A stretch of DNA of 57,037 bases from positions 32,397 to 89,433 of the forward strand of contig QBMO01000002.1 in NCBI GenBank assembly GCA_003242075.1, given 5' to 3'. Every line of letters starts with the position of its first letter. Positions within the stretch are counted from its first letter, which is position 1. Source of the DNA: Alphaproteobacteria bacterium. GTDB lineage: Bacteria > Pseudomonadota > Alphaproteobacteria > Caulobacterales > Aquidulcibacteraceae. Positions 11,123 to 20,104 of the stretch are shown here, piece after piece. A program made the translations under genes and the position numbers. Below the pieces are notes generated by a model. The model had not been told where the DNA came from. It did no database searches and saw only the letters and a program-made list of their open reading frames with translations.

Positions 11123-12495
11123 CGCGCGCGCGTCGGACGCTTACGCGCCGGACCTGGATCGGCTTCGAACATCGGGTTGGCGTCGTAGAGGCCGGCGAAG
11201 GGTGCGTCTTTCAGATAATCTGGAAGACGCGCGCCTTGGGCTTTTTCGTTCGACACCGCGATGATCTGGCGATCCTTGGCCATGGCGCGCAGTACGTCGG
11301 CATTGATGTCGCCGATCAGCTCCGAGCTTTCCTTCGCCATCAAATGGTTGGCGACGCCGAAGAGCTGGAAGACGCCGGCATTGTTGAAGATGGTGCGCCA
11401 GTCTTTCGGATAGAGCCGTTGCAGCTGGCTCAAATCCTGGAAGAACGGCCACACTTGCAGGCCGTAGCCGCGTAGCAAAGTCATCGATTGGCGCAGCGGG
11501 CCGAATTCACCGAGTTGCGCGCACTCGTCCAACAAGAAGAGCGTCGAACGCTTCGGCCGGCGCTTACGGCCCATCACCGTCAGCATCAGAGCGCCGACCC
11601 ACAGGCGCAGCAGCGCGCCGTGGCTTTCGAGTTTGTCCGGCGGAATGACGATGTAGATCGTCATCGGATCGCCGCGGCGCACCGCATCGAGCGAAATCGT
11701 TGAACGTGACAGCGAACGCAGCGCCGAGTCCGAGTTCACAACCTTCAGATAGCTCTGCGCGGTCGAGAGAATGCCCGAGCGGGTTTGCTCGGTGATCGGC
11801 AGGAACGATGAGATGTTCTGCTTTGAGAGCCGGTTCAAATTGTCGTGGTTCTCGATCAGCGCGGCCAGATTATAGACCGCGTCGTCGCTCATCAGGATTT
11901 CGCGCACACGGCCGAAATGGCGTTCGCCCTTCGGCGACACCTCGGCGACGGCGGAGATCACGCCCGACATCAGCGAGCGGCCCCAATTGTCCCAGAAGGG
12001 TTCCTTGTGGAAACCGACATCGCCGGCCAGCAGCGAGGCCAGCATTTCAGCGTCAGCGTCGAGCAGCGCGCCGGGGCGATCGAACAGATCGAATGGGTTC
12101 AGCGCGTCGGTTTTTTTGGAGACCGCGCCGAACGGGTCGAGCAGGCGCACCTCCTGGCCCATCTCCTTCCGGCGGCGGTGGGTGACGTGCCAGGTCTCGC
12201 CCTTGGGGTCGATGACGATGACCGAGCCCTCGAAGCGCAGAAGGTTGGGGATAATCACCCCCCGGCCCTTCCCGGCCCCCGTCGGGGCGATGGTCAGCAG
12301 GTGGCGATCCTCGCCGTAAAGCAGTGGAACTTCGCCCTGGATGGCGGCTTCCGGGGCCCGGGGAGCGCCAAAACCCATGGCGTCCTTACGGTCTTCCAGT
12401 TGCCAGCCCAGCAAAAGGTCCATGACCTCCGGGCGCAATGCCTGCCCCGAAGCCTCAGGCTTCTTGCGGGAGCGGGTCGTGCGCGGGCGGGCCAT
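11119..12495 (-). CDS. virD4: VirD4/TraG-like type IV coupling ATPase, stand-alone
   Basis: HLLTIAPTGAGKGRGVIIPNLL (Walker A), VIDPKGE, LFLLDE (Walker B), LRGYG..FQDLSQL..LY; SD AAGGAG before ATG 12495. Confidence 0.88.
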   Translation of the reverse strand: MARPRTTRSRKKPEASGQALRPEVMDLLLGWQLEDRKDAMGFGAPRAPEAAIQGEVPLLYGEDRHLLTIAPTGAGKGRGVIIPNLLRFEGSVIVIDPKGETWHVTHRRRKEMGQEVRLLDPFGAVSKKTDALNPFDLFDRPGALLDADAEMLASLLAGDVGFHKEPFWDNWGRSLMSGVISAVAEVSPKGERHFGRVREILMSDDAVYNLAALIENHDNLNRLSKQNISSFLPITEQTRSGILSTAQSYLKVVNSDSALRSLSRSTISLDAVRRGDPMTIYIVIPPDKLESHGALLRLWVGALMLTVMGRKRRPKRSTLFLLDECAQLGEFGPLRQSMTLLRGYGLQVWPFFQDLSQLQRLYPKDWRTIFNNAGVFQLFGVANHLMAKESSELIGDINADVLRAMAKDRQIIAVSNEKAQGARLPDYLKDAPFAGLYDANPMFEADPGPARKRPTRAR

Positions 12496-12695
12496 TGGCG
12501 TCTCCTTCTCGGCAGCTGGGGAGCGCGACCGAGAATCGGTTGTAAGGATCGAACTGGGCCAGAGGGGCACCGGATTGCGGCGGGTCTCGCCTAATTGGTG
12601 AATCTGGCGACGGCTGCGTCCCCGCACCCGTCGTCCCCTACCATCCCGGAAAATAAACCCGGCGCAACGGCTTGACGCTGTTGGGAGCAGAACTA

Positions 12696-12738
12696 CCCAA
12701 AAAAGAACCCGCCGGTGTTACTCACACCAGCGGGCTTT
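12696..12738 (-). terminator. Rho-independent terminator of the POT transporter gene
   Basis: Minus strand stem CCCGCTGGTGT/ACACCGGCGGG followed by TTCTTTTTT. Confidence 0.85.
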
Positions 12739-12757
12739 GATTTTATTGATTTATTCG

Positions 12758-14479
12758 TTAGCGGACGTCGCCCATCCACTTTTTCAGGAAGGGCGAGATG
12801 GCCAGCAGCAAGACGCCCGCGGCGATGCCCCAGATGCCGACCTGCGTGAAGGTCGCGACGTAGGTTTCGAGCTGTGCGCCGAGATCGACGACCTGGCCCG
12901 CGACCGTATCGGACGATGTCTGTTGCGCGATGATCGCCGCAAGAATGTGCGCGAGCGAAGACGACAAGAACCAAACGCCCATCATCAAGCCGACGACGCG
13001 ATGCGGCGACAGCTTGGTGATCATCGAGAGGCCGACGGGCGAGAGGAAAAGTTCTCCTGTCGTGTGCAGGAGATAGAGCAACGCCAGGAAGAGCAGCGGC
13101 ACTTGATAGTCAGAGCCGGCGAATTGTGTGGCGCCCAGCACCAACACGAAGAAGCCCAAGCCGACCTGGATCAGGCCGAGCGCGAACTTCACCGGCGTGG
13201 ACGGCTCCATCTTCCGCTTCGCCAGCCAAATCCACATCGCGCTGAAAGGCAGCGCCAAGAGGACGATGAAGCCGGCGTTGAAGCTTTGCGTTTGCGCCGC
13301 GGTCATGGTCACGCCGGGCACGACGGTGAGATCGGTGTTGCGCTCCGCGAACAGAGAGAGCGATGAGCCCGCTTGCTCGAACAGCATCCAGAAGATGACG
13401 CTGAAGAACACCATCACCAGTGCGGCCAGCATCTGGGTGCGTTCCAGGCCCTTGAAGCCGGCCAGGGCGAACACGAGCACGAGCGCAAACAGCACCGGCA
13501 CTAGGATCGGCAGCGCCTGCTCCATCAGTTCGGTTTGCTGCACCAGCAGCCAAGCGGGGATCACGGCGAGAAGACCGAGTATCCAGAAGAAGCCCTCGAA
13601 AGCCGCGGAAATCGGCTTCGGCGGCTCGGCTTTGCCCTTCAGGTGCTTTTGACCCATCAGGTACTGGATGAGGCCCAGTGTCATGCCGATGCCGGCGAGG
13701 CCGAAGCCGTACTTCCAGCCATAGGTTTGGCCGAGATAGCCGCAGGCCAGCGTCGCCAGGAACGCCCCAAGGTTGATGCCCATATAGAAGATGGTGAAAC
13801 CGCCGTCGCGACGCGGGTCATTCTCGCCGTAGAGCGCGCCGACCGTGGTCGAAATGTTGGCCTTCAAGAAGCCGACGCCAATGATGATCAGCGCCAGCGA
13901 GAGATAGAGGATCTGTTCGTACGGGATGCTCATACCGCCGATGTTCATCATGTCGGGGCGGGTGCTGAGCGCATAATCGGCAGTGGCGGTGAAGTTCGGC
14001 AGCCCCGCGCTTGGATCGACCGTCATGCCCTCTGCGGTGAAGTCGACCGGGAATTGCTGACCGTTGTTTTCAAGGAAGAGCTGACGCGCGTCGCCGCGGC
14101 CTTCGCTGACGATGTCGTAGGTTTGACCGGCAATGGTGATTTCTTGCACCGAGCCATTGCCTTCGAACGCCATTCCGAAGTGGCCGAGCACGAGGAACAC
14201 GGCGCCGATCGTCACCGCCTTGCGTGAGCCAAGGAAGCGGTCGGCGATGACGCCGCCGATCACTGGGATCAGATACACGAGCGCCGCGTAGGCGCCGTAT
14301 AGGCCCTGCGCTTTGTCGTCCGAAAACAGGAAGTGCTGGGTGAGATAGATCACCAGCAGCGCGCGCATCCCGTAGAAGGAAAAGCGCTCCCACATCTCAG
14401 TGAAGAAGAGTGTGACCAGGCCACGCGGGTGGCCCATGAAGGTCTCTTCGGCGCCGCCGCCGGCAGTCGTATCGGTCAT
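12758..14479 (-). CDS. Proton-dependent oligopeptide transporter (POT/PTR2 family MFS)
   Basis: GHPRGL..FFTEMWERFSFYGMRA (ExxERFxYY-type motif), FTIFYMGINLG and GELFLSPVGLS. Confidence 0.96.
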   Translation of the reverse strand: MTDTTAGGGAEETFMGHPRGLVTLFFTEMWERFSFYGMRALLVIYLTQHFLFSDDKAQGLYGAYAALVYLIPVIGGVIADRFLGSRKAVTIGAVFLVLGHFGMAFEGNGSVQEITIAGQTYDIVSEGRGDARQLFLENNGQQFPVDFTAEGMTVDPSAGLPNFTATADYALSTRPDMMNIGGMSIPYEQILYLSLALIIIGVGFLKANISTTVGALYGENDPRRDGGFTIFYMGINLGAFLATLACGYLGQTYGWKYGFGLAGIGMTLGLIQYLMGQKHLKGKAEPPKPISAAFEGFFWILGLLAVIPAWLLVQQTELMEQALPILVPVLFALVLVFALAGFKGLERTQMLAALVMVFFSVIFWMLFEQAGSSLSLFAERNTDLTVVPGVTMTAAQTQSFNAGFIVLLALPFSAMWIWLAKRKMEPSTPVKFALGLIQVGLGFFVLVLGATQFAGSDYQVPLLFLALLYLLHTTGELFLSPVGLSMITKLSPHRVVGLMMGVWFLSSSLAHILAAIIAQQTSSDTVAGQVVDLGAQLETYVATFTQVGIWGIAAGVLLLAISPFLKKWMGDVR

Positions 14480-14558
14480 ACAGCTAATCCCTAAGCGCGC
14501 CTGCGCGCGCCCCCGTCCCTAAACTGGGCGACAGACAAGCCTCGCAGGCGTCCGCGCG

Positions 14559-15012
14559 TCAAGCGCGCAGCGCTGGACGGAGGTCTGGGGTGAGCACCCA
14601 CCAGAAGGTCTGGCCGGGATTGGAGTCGAGCCAGAAGCCCAGTCTTCGCAAGGTGCGAACAGAGGCGACGTTTTTGGCGTCGCAGCCGGCGAGGATGGTT
14701 TCGGCGCCAACGTCCTCGAACAACCAATCGATCACCGCAGTGCACGCTTCGGTGGCGTAGCCCTGCCGACGACGGCTGCGACGCCAAAAACGTCGCCTCT
14801 GTTCGCACCTTGCGAAGACGTGGGCCCCAAGCGTGGCTGATCGAGCGCGCGACGAGTTGCAGACTCGATTGGCACCACTCAGCCGGCGCATCGGCGCCGA
14901 TCACGTCCGCAAACGCCGCCTGCCCCGCCCTCGCCGCCTCGGCCAGTGCAGGCGTCACCGGCTCAAGCCGGAGCCGGTCAGTATAGAGCGGGTGATCGAG
15001 CACCTGGGTCAT
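14559..15012 (-). pseudogene. RimJ/RimL-type GNAT acetyltransferase disrupted by an inverted duplication and frameshift
   Basis: N-terminus MTQVLDHPLYTDRLRLEP lies in one frame; RRQGYATEA..NVASVRTLRRLGF lies in another; the junction is an inverted copy of 14642-14688. Confidence 0.8.
14642..14819. repeat. Perfect 47-bp inverted repeat (14642-14688 / 14773-14819)
   Basis: GTCTTCGCAAGGTGCGAACAGAGGCGACGTTTTTGGCGTCGCAGCCG and its exact reverse complement 84 bp downstream. Confidence 0.97.
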
Positions 15013-15144
15013 CGCCGGCGGACCATCGCCCAGCGGCGTGTTACCGGCAACGCCGCACGCGCAGTTGGCTACCCTCCGCCCAGGGGAAACGCTCGCCTCC
15101 CCGGCGCGCTTGCGCTCGCGCCTCGGGCGCAGCAAGCAGGGGCG

Positions 15145-15918
15145 ATGGCTGAACCACGCCTCCTAATCGACGCCCATTTGCGCCTCGGCGCAGCGATTGC
15201 GCTGGATGAAGCACAGGCCCGCCACGCCGGCACGGTGTTGCGGTTGGACGTCGGCGACACGCTGCGCCTCTTCAACGCCGATGACGGCGAGTGGCGCGCG
15301 CGCATTGTTGAAAAGAGCAAGCGCGGCATGGGCGCGACGATTTTTGAGTTCATCCGCCCCGCACGCGCCGCACCCGATCTCGATCTCCTGTTCGCGCCGG
15401 TGAAGCGACACGCCACCGATCTCATCGTCGAGAAGGCCGCTGAGCTCGGCGTCCGCCGCATCTTTCCCGTCACCACGCAACGCACGATCGCCGAAACCGT
15501 GCGCGTCGATCGGCTGAGCACAATCGCGCGCGAAGCGGCGCAGCAGACCGAGCGCTTCGACGCGCCCGAGATCCATGAAGCGCAATCACTCCCCCGCGCA
15601 CTCGATGGCTGGAATGCGTCGCGGCGTCTGATTTATGCCGATGAGGCCGGCGACGATCCGAATGCGCCGTGGGGCGGGGAAACCGGACGCGCGCTGCCGG
15701 TTGCGGAGGCGCTTGGCAGCGGGCCGCAGGTCCCGCGCTCTATGGCGCTGCTGATCGGCCCCGAGGGTGGCTTCACGAGCGAAGAGCGTCGCATGCTTCG
15801 CAGCCACCCTTATGTCGTTCCGGTTTCGCTCGGCCCGCGTATCCTGCGCGCCGAGACGGCGGTGATCGCAGCGTTAAGCGTGATCCAGGCGATCTGGGGC
15901 GATTGGCGCCGGGCGTAA
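15145..15918 (+). CDS. rsmE: 16S rRNA m3U1498 methyltransferase
   Basis: [32 protein letters not shown] and [12 protein letters not shown]. Confidence 0.96.
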   Translation: MAEPRLLIDAHLRLGAAIALDEAQARHAGTVLRLDVGDTLRLFNADDGEWRARIVEKSKRGMGATIFEFIRPARAAPDLDLLFAPVKRHATDLIVEKAAELGVRRIFPVTTQRTIAETVRVDRLSTIAREAAQQTERFDAPEIHEAQSLPRALDGWNASRRLIYADEAGDDPNAPWGGETGRALPVAEALGSGPQVPRSMALLIGPEGGFTSEERRMLRSHPYVVPVSLGPRILRAETAVIAALSVIQAIWGDWRRA

Positions 15919-15977
15919 CGGCTTGCGGGCCTGGGGCGGAGACGCCACATGGCGGCGAGACGCCCGGGGAGGACTGC

Positions 15978-17345
15978 GTGGCCGAGACAAAAGAAAAAGC
16001 CCCGGAGCTGACGGGCTTCCGCGATCTGGTCGCGCACTTCGAGTCGGGCCCGAAGCCCGATCGTTCGACGTGGCGTATCGGCACCGAGCACGAGAAGTTC
16101 GCCTTCTATCGCGATACGCTGAAGCCCGTCCCCTACGAGGGCGAAAACGGCATCGGCGCGCTGCTGAACCGCCTCGCCGACAAATACGGCTGGGAGCGCG
16201 TGTATGAGGGCGAGACCGTCATCGCGCTAAAGCAAGGCATGGCCTCGATCTCGCTCGAGCCAGGCGGCCAGTTCGAACTCTCCGGCGCGCCGCTCGAGAA
16301 TTTGCACCAGACCTGCGCCGAAACCGGCTCGCATCTCTCGCAATTGCGCGATGTCTGCGAGGAAATGAACATCGCGTTCTTGGGGCTAGGCTTTCAGCCG
16401 CTCTGGGGGCTCGACGACATCCCGATCATGCCGAAGGGCCGCTACAAGATCATGCGCGACTACATGGGCAAGGTCGGCCGGCTCGGACGGCAGATGATGT
16501 TTCGCTCGTGTACGGTGCAGGTGAATTTGGACTTCGGCTCAGAAGCCGACATGGTGAAGAAGTTTCGCGTCGGCCTCGCACTGCAGCCGATCGCGACGGC
16601 GCTATTTGCGGCCTCGCCCTTCGCCGAGGGCCGCTTGAACGGCTACCTCTCCTATCGCGGCCACGTCTGGAGCGACACCGATCCCGATCGCACCGGCATG
16701 CTTCCGTTCGTGTTCGAGCAAGGCATGGGCTTTGAGCGCTACGCCGACTACGCGCTCGATGTGCCGATGTACTTTGTCTATCGCGACGGCAAATATATCG
16801 ACGCCTCGGGCCAAAGCTTCCGCGCCTTCATGGACGGCAAATTGCCCGCACTGCCCGGTGAACGCCCTAACGCGAAAGATTGGGAAGATCACCTCACCAC
16901 AATTTTCCCGGAAGTGCGGCTGAAGACCTATCTCGAAATGCGCGGCGCTGATGCCGGGCCATGGTCGCGCTTGTGTGCGCTGCCGGCGTTTTGGGCTGGC
17001 ATCTATTATGATGACGCAGCGCTGGAAGCGGCCTGGTCGCTGGTGCGCAGCTGGACGGCGGAAGATCGCGAGTCGTTGCGCCGCGCCGTGCCGGTTCTGG
17101 GATTACGCGCGCCCATCCGCGGCAACAGCGCCGGCGACATCGCGCAAGCCGCCCTCGCCATCGCGCGCCAAGGCCTGAAATCACGCGCCCGCGGGGATAA
17201 TTCGGGCCAAGACGAAACGCACTTCCTGACGGAGCTGGATGATATCGCGTCTTCAGGCGTGACGCCGGCTGAGCGTTTGATTGAACGCTACCGCACCGAA
17301 TGGGGCGGCGATGTGCGGCGCGTGTTTGAGGCGTGCGCTTATTGA
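15978..17345 (+). CDS. gshA: Glutamate--cysteine ligase (plant/alphaproteobacterial type)
   Basis: [29 protein letters not shown] and [16 protein letters not shown]; GTG start after SD GGGAGGA. Confidence 0.96.
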   Translation: MAETKEKAPELTGFRDLVAHFESGPKPDRSTWRIGTEHEKFAFYRDTLKPVPYEGENGIGALLNRLADKYGWERVYEGETVIALKQGMASISLEPGGQFELSGAPLENLHQTCAETGSHLSQLRDVCEEMNIAFLGLGFQPLWGLDDIPIMPKGRYKIMRDYMGKVGRLGRQMMFRSCTVQVNLDFGSEADMVKKFRVGLALQPIATALFAASPFAEGRLNGYLSYRGHVWSDTDPDRTGMLPFVFEQGMGFERYADYALDVPMYFVYRDGKYIDASGQSFRAFMDGKLPALPGERPNAKDWEDHLTTIFPEVRLKTYLEMRGADAGPWSRLCALPAFWAGIYYDDAALEAAWSLVRSWTAEDRESLRRAVPVLGLRAPIRGNSAGDIAQAALAIARQGLKSRARGDNSGQDETHFLTELDDIASSGVTPAERLIERYRTEWGGDVRRVFEACAY

Positions 17346-17359
17346 GTGGCAACGCCGCG

Positions 17360-17390
17360 ATCTTGGACCGCCGGCGTCTCGCCGGCGGTT
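17360..17390 (+). repeat. REP-like palindrome, left of the RAYT
   Basis: ATCTTGGACCGCCGGCGTCTCGCCGGCGGTT, with internal hairpin ACCGCCGGCG-TCT-CGCCGGCGGT. Confidence 0.9.
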
Positions 17391-17398
17391 TTTAGACA

Positions 17399-17941
17399 TT
17401 GCCCGAACCTAAGCCACACCTTGGCTGGCGCTCGCGCGGCTACTTACCGCACTACGACGCCGCTTGGCTCACTCAGCACATCGTGTTCGGTTTAGCGGAC
17501 AGTTTACCGAGGACAGCACGCCCGCCATCCACGCTTCACGCCGACCGCCTTCTCGATTCCGGACATGGCGCCTGCATGCTTCGTGATGCGACATGCGCGC
17601 AGATCGTTGAGACCGCGCTATTGCACTCTGACTGCGACCGATATCGACTGATCGCTTGGTGCATAATGCCCAACCACGTCCATGCCGTGATCGAACAACT
17701 GCCGGGCCATCCTCTTGGCGACATCGTGCAAGCCTGGAAGTCGTCGACCGCGCACAAGATCAACGGCGCCGTAGCGCGCAAAGGCCGATTGTGGCGGCGC
17801 GAGTACTTCGACCGCTTCATGCGCGACAGCGACCATCTCTCCTCCACGATCGACTACGTCGAGGAAAATCCTGTGCGAGCTAAGCTCGTGCCTGTATCAA
17901 CCGCATGGCCCTTTTCGTCCGCCCATTGGCGACTGGGTTAG
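17399..17941 (+). mobile_element. REP-associated tyrosine transposase (RAYT, Y1/HUH family)
   Basis: WRSRGYLPH, HUH motif IMPNHVHAV, WRREYFDR, catalytic Tyr in YVEENP, WPFSS; flanked by inverted REPs. Confidence 0.92.
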
Positions 17942-17943
17942 AG

Positions 17944-17974
17944 AACCGCCGGCGAGACGCCAGCGGTCCAAGAT
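17944..17974 (-). repeat. REP-like palindrome, right of the RAYT (inverted copy)
   Basis: AACCGCCGGCGAGACGCCAGCGGTCCAAGAT is the reverse complement of the left copy with 1 mismatch in 31 bp. Confidence 0.9.
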
Positions 17975-17984
17975 TGCACTCGAC

Positions 17985-19802
17985 CTAAGCCGCCTCCTCA
18001 TTCAGAACATCGCCCCGGCTCATCGCGTTCAGCTTGGCGTAGAGCCCGCGCGCGGCGATGAGTTCGGCGTGTTTGCCTTGCTCGACGATGCGGCCCTGGT
18101 TGAACACCAGGATGCGATCGGCCTCGCGCACGGTTGAAAGCCGGTGCGCGATGACGATCGTGGTGCGCCCCTGCTTCAGCTCCGCCATCGCCGCTTGCAC
18201 CTCGCGCTCGGTTTCCACGTCGAGCGAGGATGTGGCTTCATCGAGGATGAGGATCGGCGCGTTTGCCAGGAAAGCGCGCGCCAGCGCGACGCGCTGACGT
18301 TCGCCGCCAGAGAGCTTCACGCCGCGCTCGCCGACTTCGGTATCGTAGGCGTTGGGCAACTTCTCGATGAAATCATGCGCACGCGCGCGCTTGGCGGCGG
18401 CGATGATCTCTTCGAGCGAAGCGTCCGGCTTGGCGTAAGCGATGTTCTCACGCAGCGAGCGGTGAAACAGCGCCGGATCCTGCGGCACGAGCGCAAGGCT
18501 TTGCCGCAAGCTCGCTTGCGTCACCGACCGCACGTCCTGCCCATCGATGCGGATCGCGCCCGCATCCACGTCATAGAGCCGCTGCACCAACTTCACGAAC
18601 GTCGACTTTCCGGATCCGGTGGGGCCAACGAGCGCCACCGTTTCGCCAGCCGCGATCTCCAATGAGAAGTCGCGGTAGAGCGCCTCAGCGGCGTTCTTAT
18701 AGCCGAACGACACGGCATCGAACGCGATATGGCCCGCGCCGCGCGCCAGTATCCTGGCGTCCGGCGCATCGACGACCTCGGCGCGCTCGAGCGAATACGC
18801 CACCACGTCCTCGATATCGGCGATGCCCTTTTGCAAATTCTGCACGTTCTCGCCGAGCGTACGCAAATAGCCGGAGACCAGCAGGAACGAGGTGATTGCA
18901 AACACCGCGTCACCCGCTGTCGCGCGGCCCTTGCTCCACTCCAGCAACACCAGGCCCAGCAGGCCCGCCTGCAGCACGAACAGCAGCATGTTCTGGACGA
19001 TCCACGAATTCGTCCAGCGCATCCACGTGTCCAGGGCTTCCACACGCCAGGCGCCCACGACCTTGTCGAAACGCGCTTGTTCACGCGCCTCGGCGCCGAA
19101 CGCTTTTACGGTGGCGTTCGAGGTGACGGCGTCGGCAAGCGAAGCGCCGATTTCGGTGTCGGCCTTGATGTATTTGCGCAGCGCTTCGGCGACGTAGAAG
19201 CGGCTGAACAAATAGGCGCTCAGCAGGAACGCGCCGATGGCGCCGCCGGTGAAAAGGCCGATTACCGGCCACTGCACGAACGTCATCACCGTAATGCCGA
19301 TCAGCACGCCGGCCGCCGGCAGCATGTACCAGACCAGCGTATCGGAAATCGTATCGTACGCGTTCATCGCGCGCGACACGCGCCGCACCGTCGCGCCAGC
19401 GAAATTGTCGGCGTGCCAATCGGCGGAGAAGCGTTGCACGTCGCGGAAACCGTCATTGACGATGCGTTCCATGTTGTTGGCGGCGAACGGAATCCAGAAC
19501 CGCACGCCGATATTGCGCGCAGCGTAGAACACCAGCGCCACCAGCGCGACGACGCCGTAGCCCCAAGCCGCTGCGCGCGTGCCCTCCGCCGTCGGCCCAG
19601 CCGATAGCGCTTCGACCAAACGGCCGGCGGCGAACGGAAACGCGAGGTCCGCCAGCACAGCCAATGTAAAAAAGCCGCCAAACAGCGAAAGCTTCAGCGG
19701 CTGGCTGGACCAGTGCTTCCACATAAAGGCGGCGACTTGGCCCAAAGTGGCTTTGCGCTGGCCGCGTTCGGACTCGTCGTCAAAATCGTATGCGTCGCTC
19801 AT
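17985..19802 (-). CDS. ABC exporter, fused permease/ATPase (MdlB-like)
   Basis: TM domain plus GPTGSGKS, LSGGERQR, ILDEATS and IAHRLST. Confidence 0.95.
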   Translation of the reverse strand: MSDAYDFDDESERGQRKATLGQVAAFMWKHWSSQPLKLSLFGGFFTLAVLADLAFPFAAGRLVEALSAGPTAEGTRAAAWGYGVVALVALVFYAARNIGVRFWIPFAANNMERIVNDGFRDVQRFSADWHADNFAGATVRRVSRAMNAYDTISDTLVWYMLPAAGVLIGITVMTFVQWPVIGLFTGGAIGAFLLSAYLFSRFYVAEALRKYIKADTEIGASLADAVTSNATVKAFGAEAREQARFDKVVGAWRVEALDTWMRWTNSWIVQNMLLFVLQAGLLGLVLLEWSKGRATAGDAVFAITSFLLVSGYLRTLGENVQNLQKGIADIEDVVAYSLERAEVVDAPDARILARGAGHIAFDAVSFGYKNAAEALYRDFSLEIAAGETVALVGPTGSGKSTFVKLVQRLYDVDAGAIRIDGQDVRSVTQASLRQSLALVPQDPALFHRSLRENIAYAKPDASLEEIIAAAKRARAHDFIEKLPNAYDTEVGERGVKLSGGERQRVALARAFLANAPILILDEATSSLDVETEREVQAAMAELKQGRTTIVIAHRLSTVREADRILVFNQGRIVEQGKHAELIAARGLYAKLNAMSRGDVLNEEAA

Positions 19803-19897
19803 GTGAGCACCGAAAAATATGCGCGACCGCGCGCGGGCGGCGATGCGCTAGAGATAGGAATGGGAGGCAAGAACGCGAGGTCGGCCCACCACGGCAT
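19799..19897 (-). CDS. Candidate uORF3 MPWWADLAFLPPIPISSASPPARGRAYFSVLT
   Basis: 32-aa ORF whose TGA overlaps the ABC start (ATGA); no clear SD of its own. Confidence 0.35.
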   Translation of the reverse strand: MPWWADLAFLPPIPISSASPPARGRAYFSVLT

Positions 19898-19995
19898 GTG
19901 CGAAACGGAGACCCCAAACGAAATGGGGATTCTGAACCCAGGCGCGTTACGCGGCCTAGAAATTCAACGACGTCCGTTCGCGGGCGCCGTGTGCA

Positions 19996-20022
19996 TCAGA
20001 TGCGGGTTTTGCGGACGACCAT
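19996..20022 (-). CDS. Candidate leader peptide MVVRKTRI
   Basis: SD TAGGAG 9 nt before ATG, just downstream of a sigma70-like promoter; stop overlaps the ATG of a second uORF (TGATG). Confidence 0.6.
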   Translation of the reverse strand: MVVRKTRI

Positions 20023-20049
20023 GGTTGCGTTCTCCTAAAGCGGACGCGC

Positions 20050-20078
20050 TCATTACCGCCGAAGCCGCCTTGCGTAAA
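20050..20078 (-). promoter_or_regulatory. sigma70-like promoter for the leader/ABC transcript
   Basis: TTTACG-N17-TAATGA on the minus strand, overlapping the divergent ubiA promoter (TTGCGT-N17-CATGAC, 20070-20098). Confidence 0.55.
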
Positions 20079-20104
20079 GAAAAAGCCGCGCGCATGACGC
20101 GGAC

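Noticed and set aside
12545-12558. tRNA T-loop-like GTTCGATCC on the minus strand
   Set aside because: Flanks do not form a T-stem and there is no cloverleaf
11119-12700. Integrative conjugative element around virD4
   Set aside because: No integrase, relaxase, virB genes, flanking direct repeats or tRNA target seen
14642-14819. MITE interpretation of the 47-bp inverted repeat
   Set aside because: One arm and the spacer are in-frame GNAT coding sequence and no target-site duplication is present
17360-17974. CRISPR array or classical DDE insertion sequence
   Set aside because: Only two inverted copies, no spacers or cas genes; the enzyme is HUH/Y1 and no target-site duplication is evident
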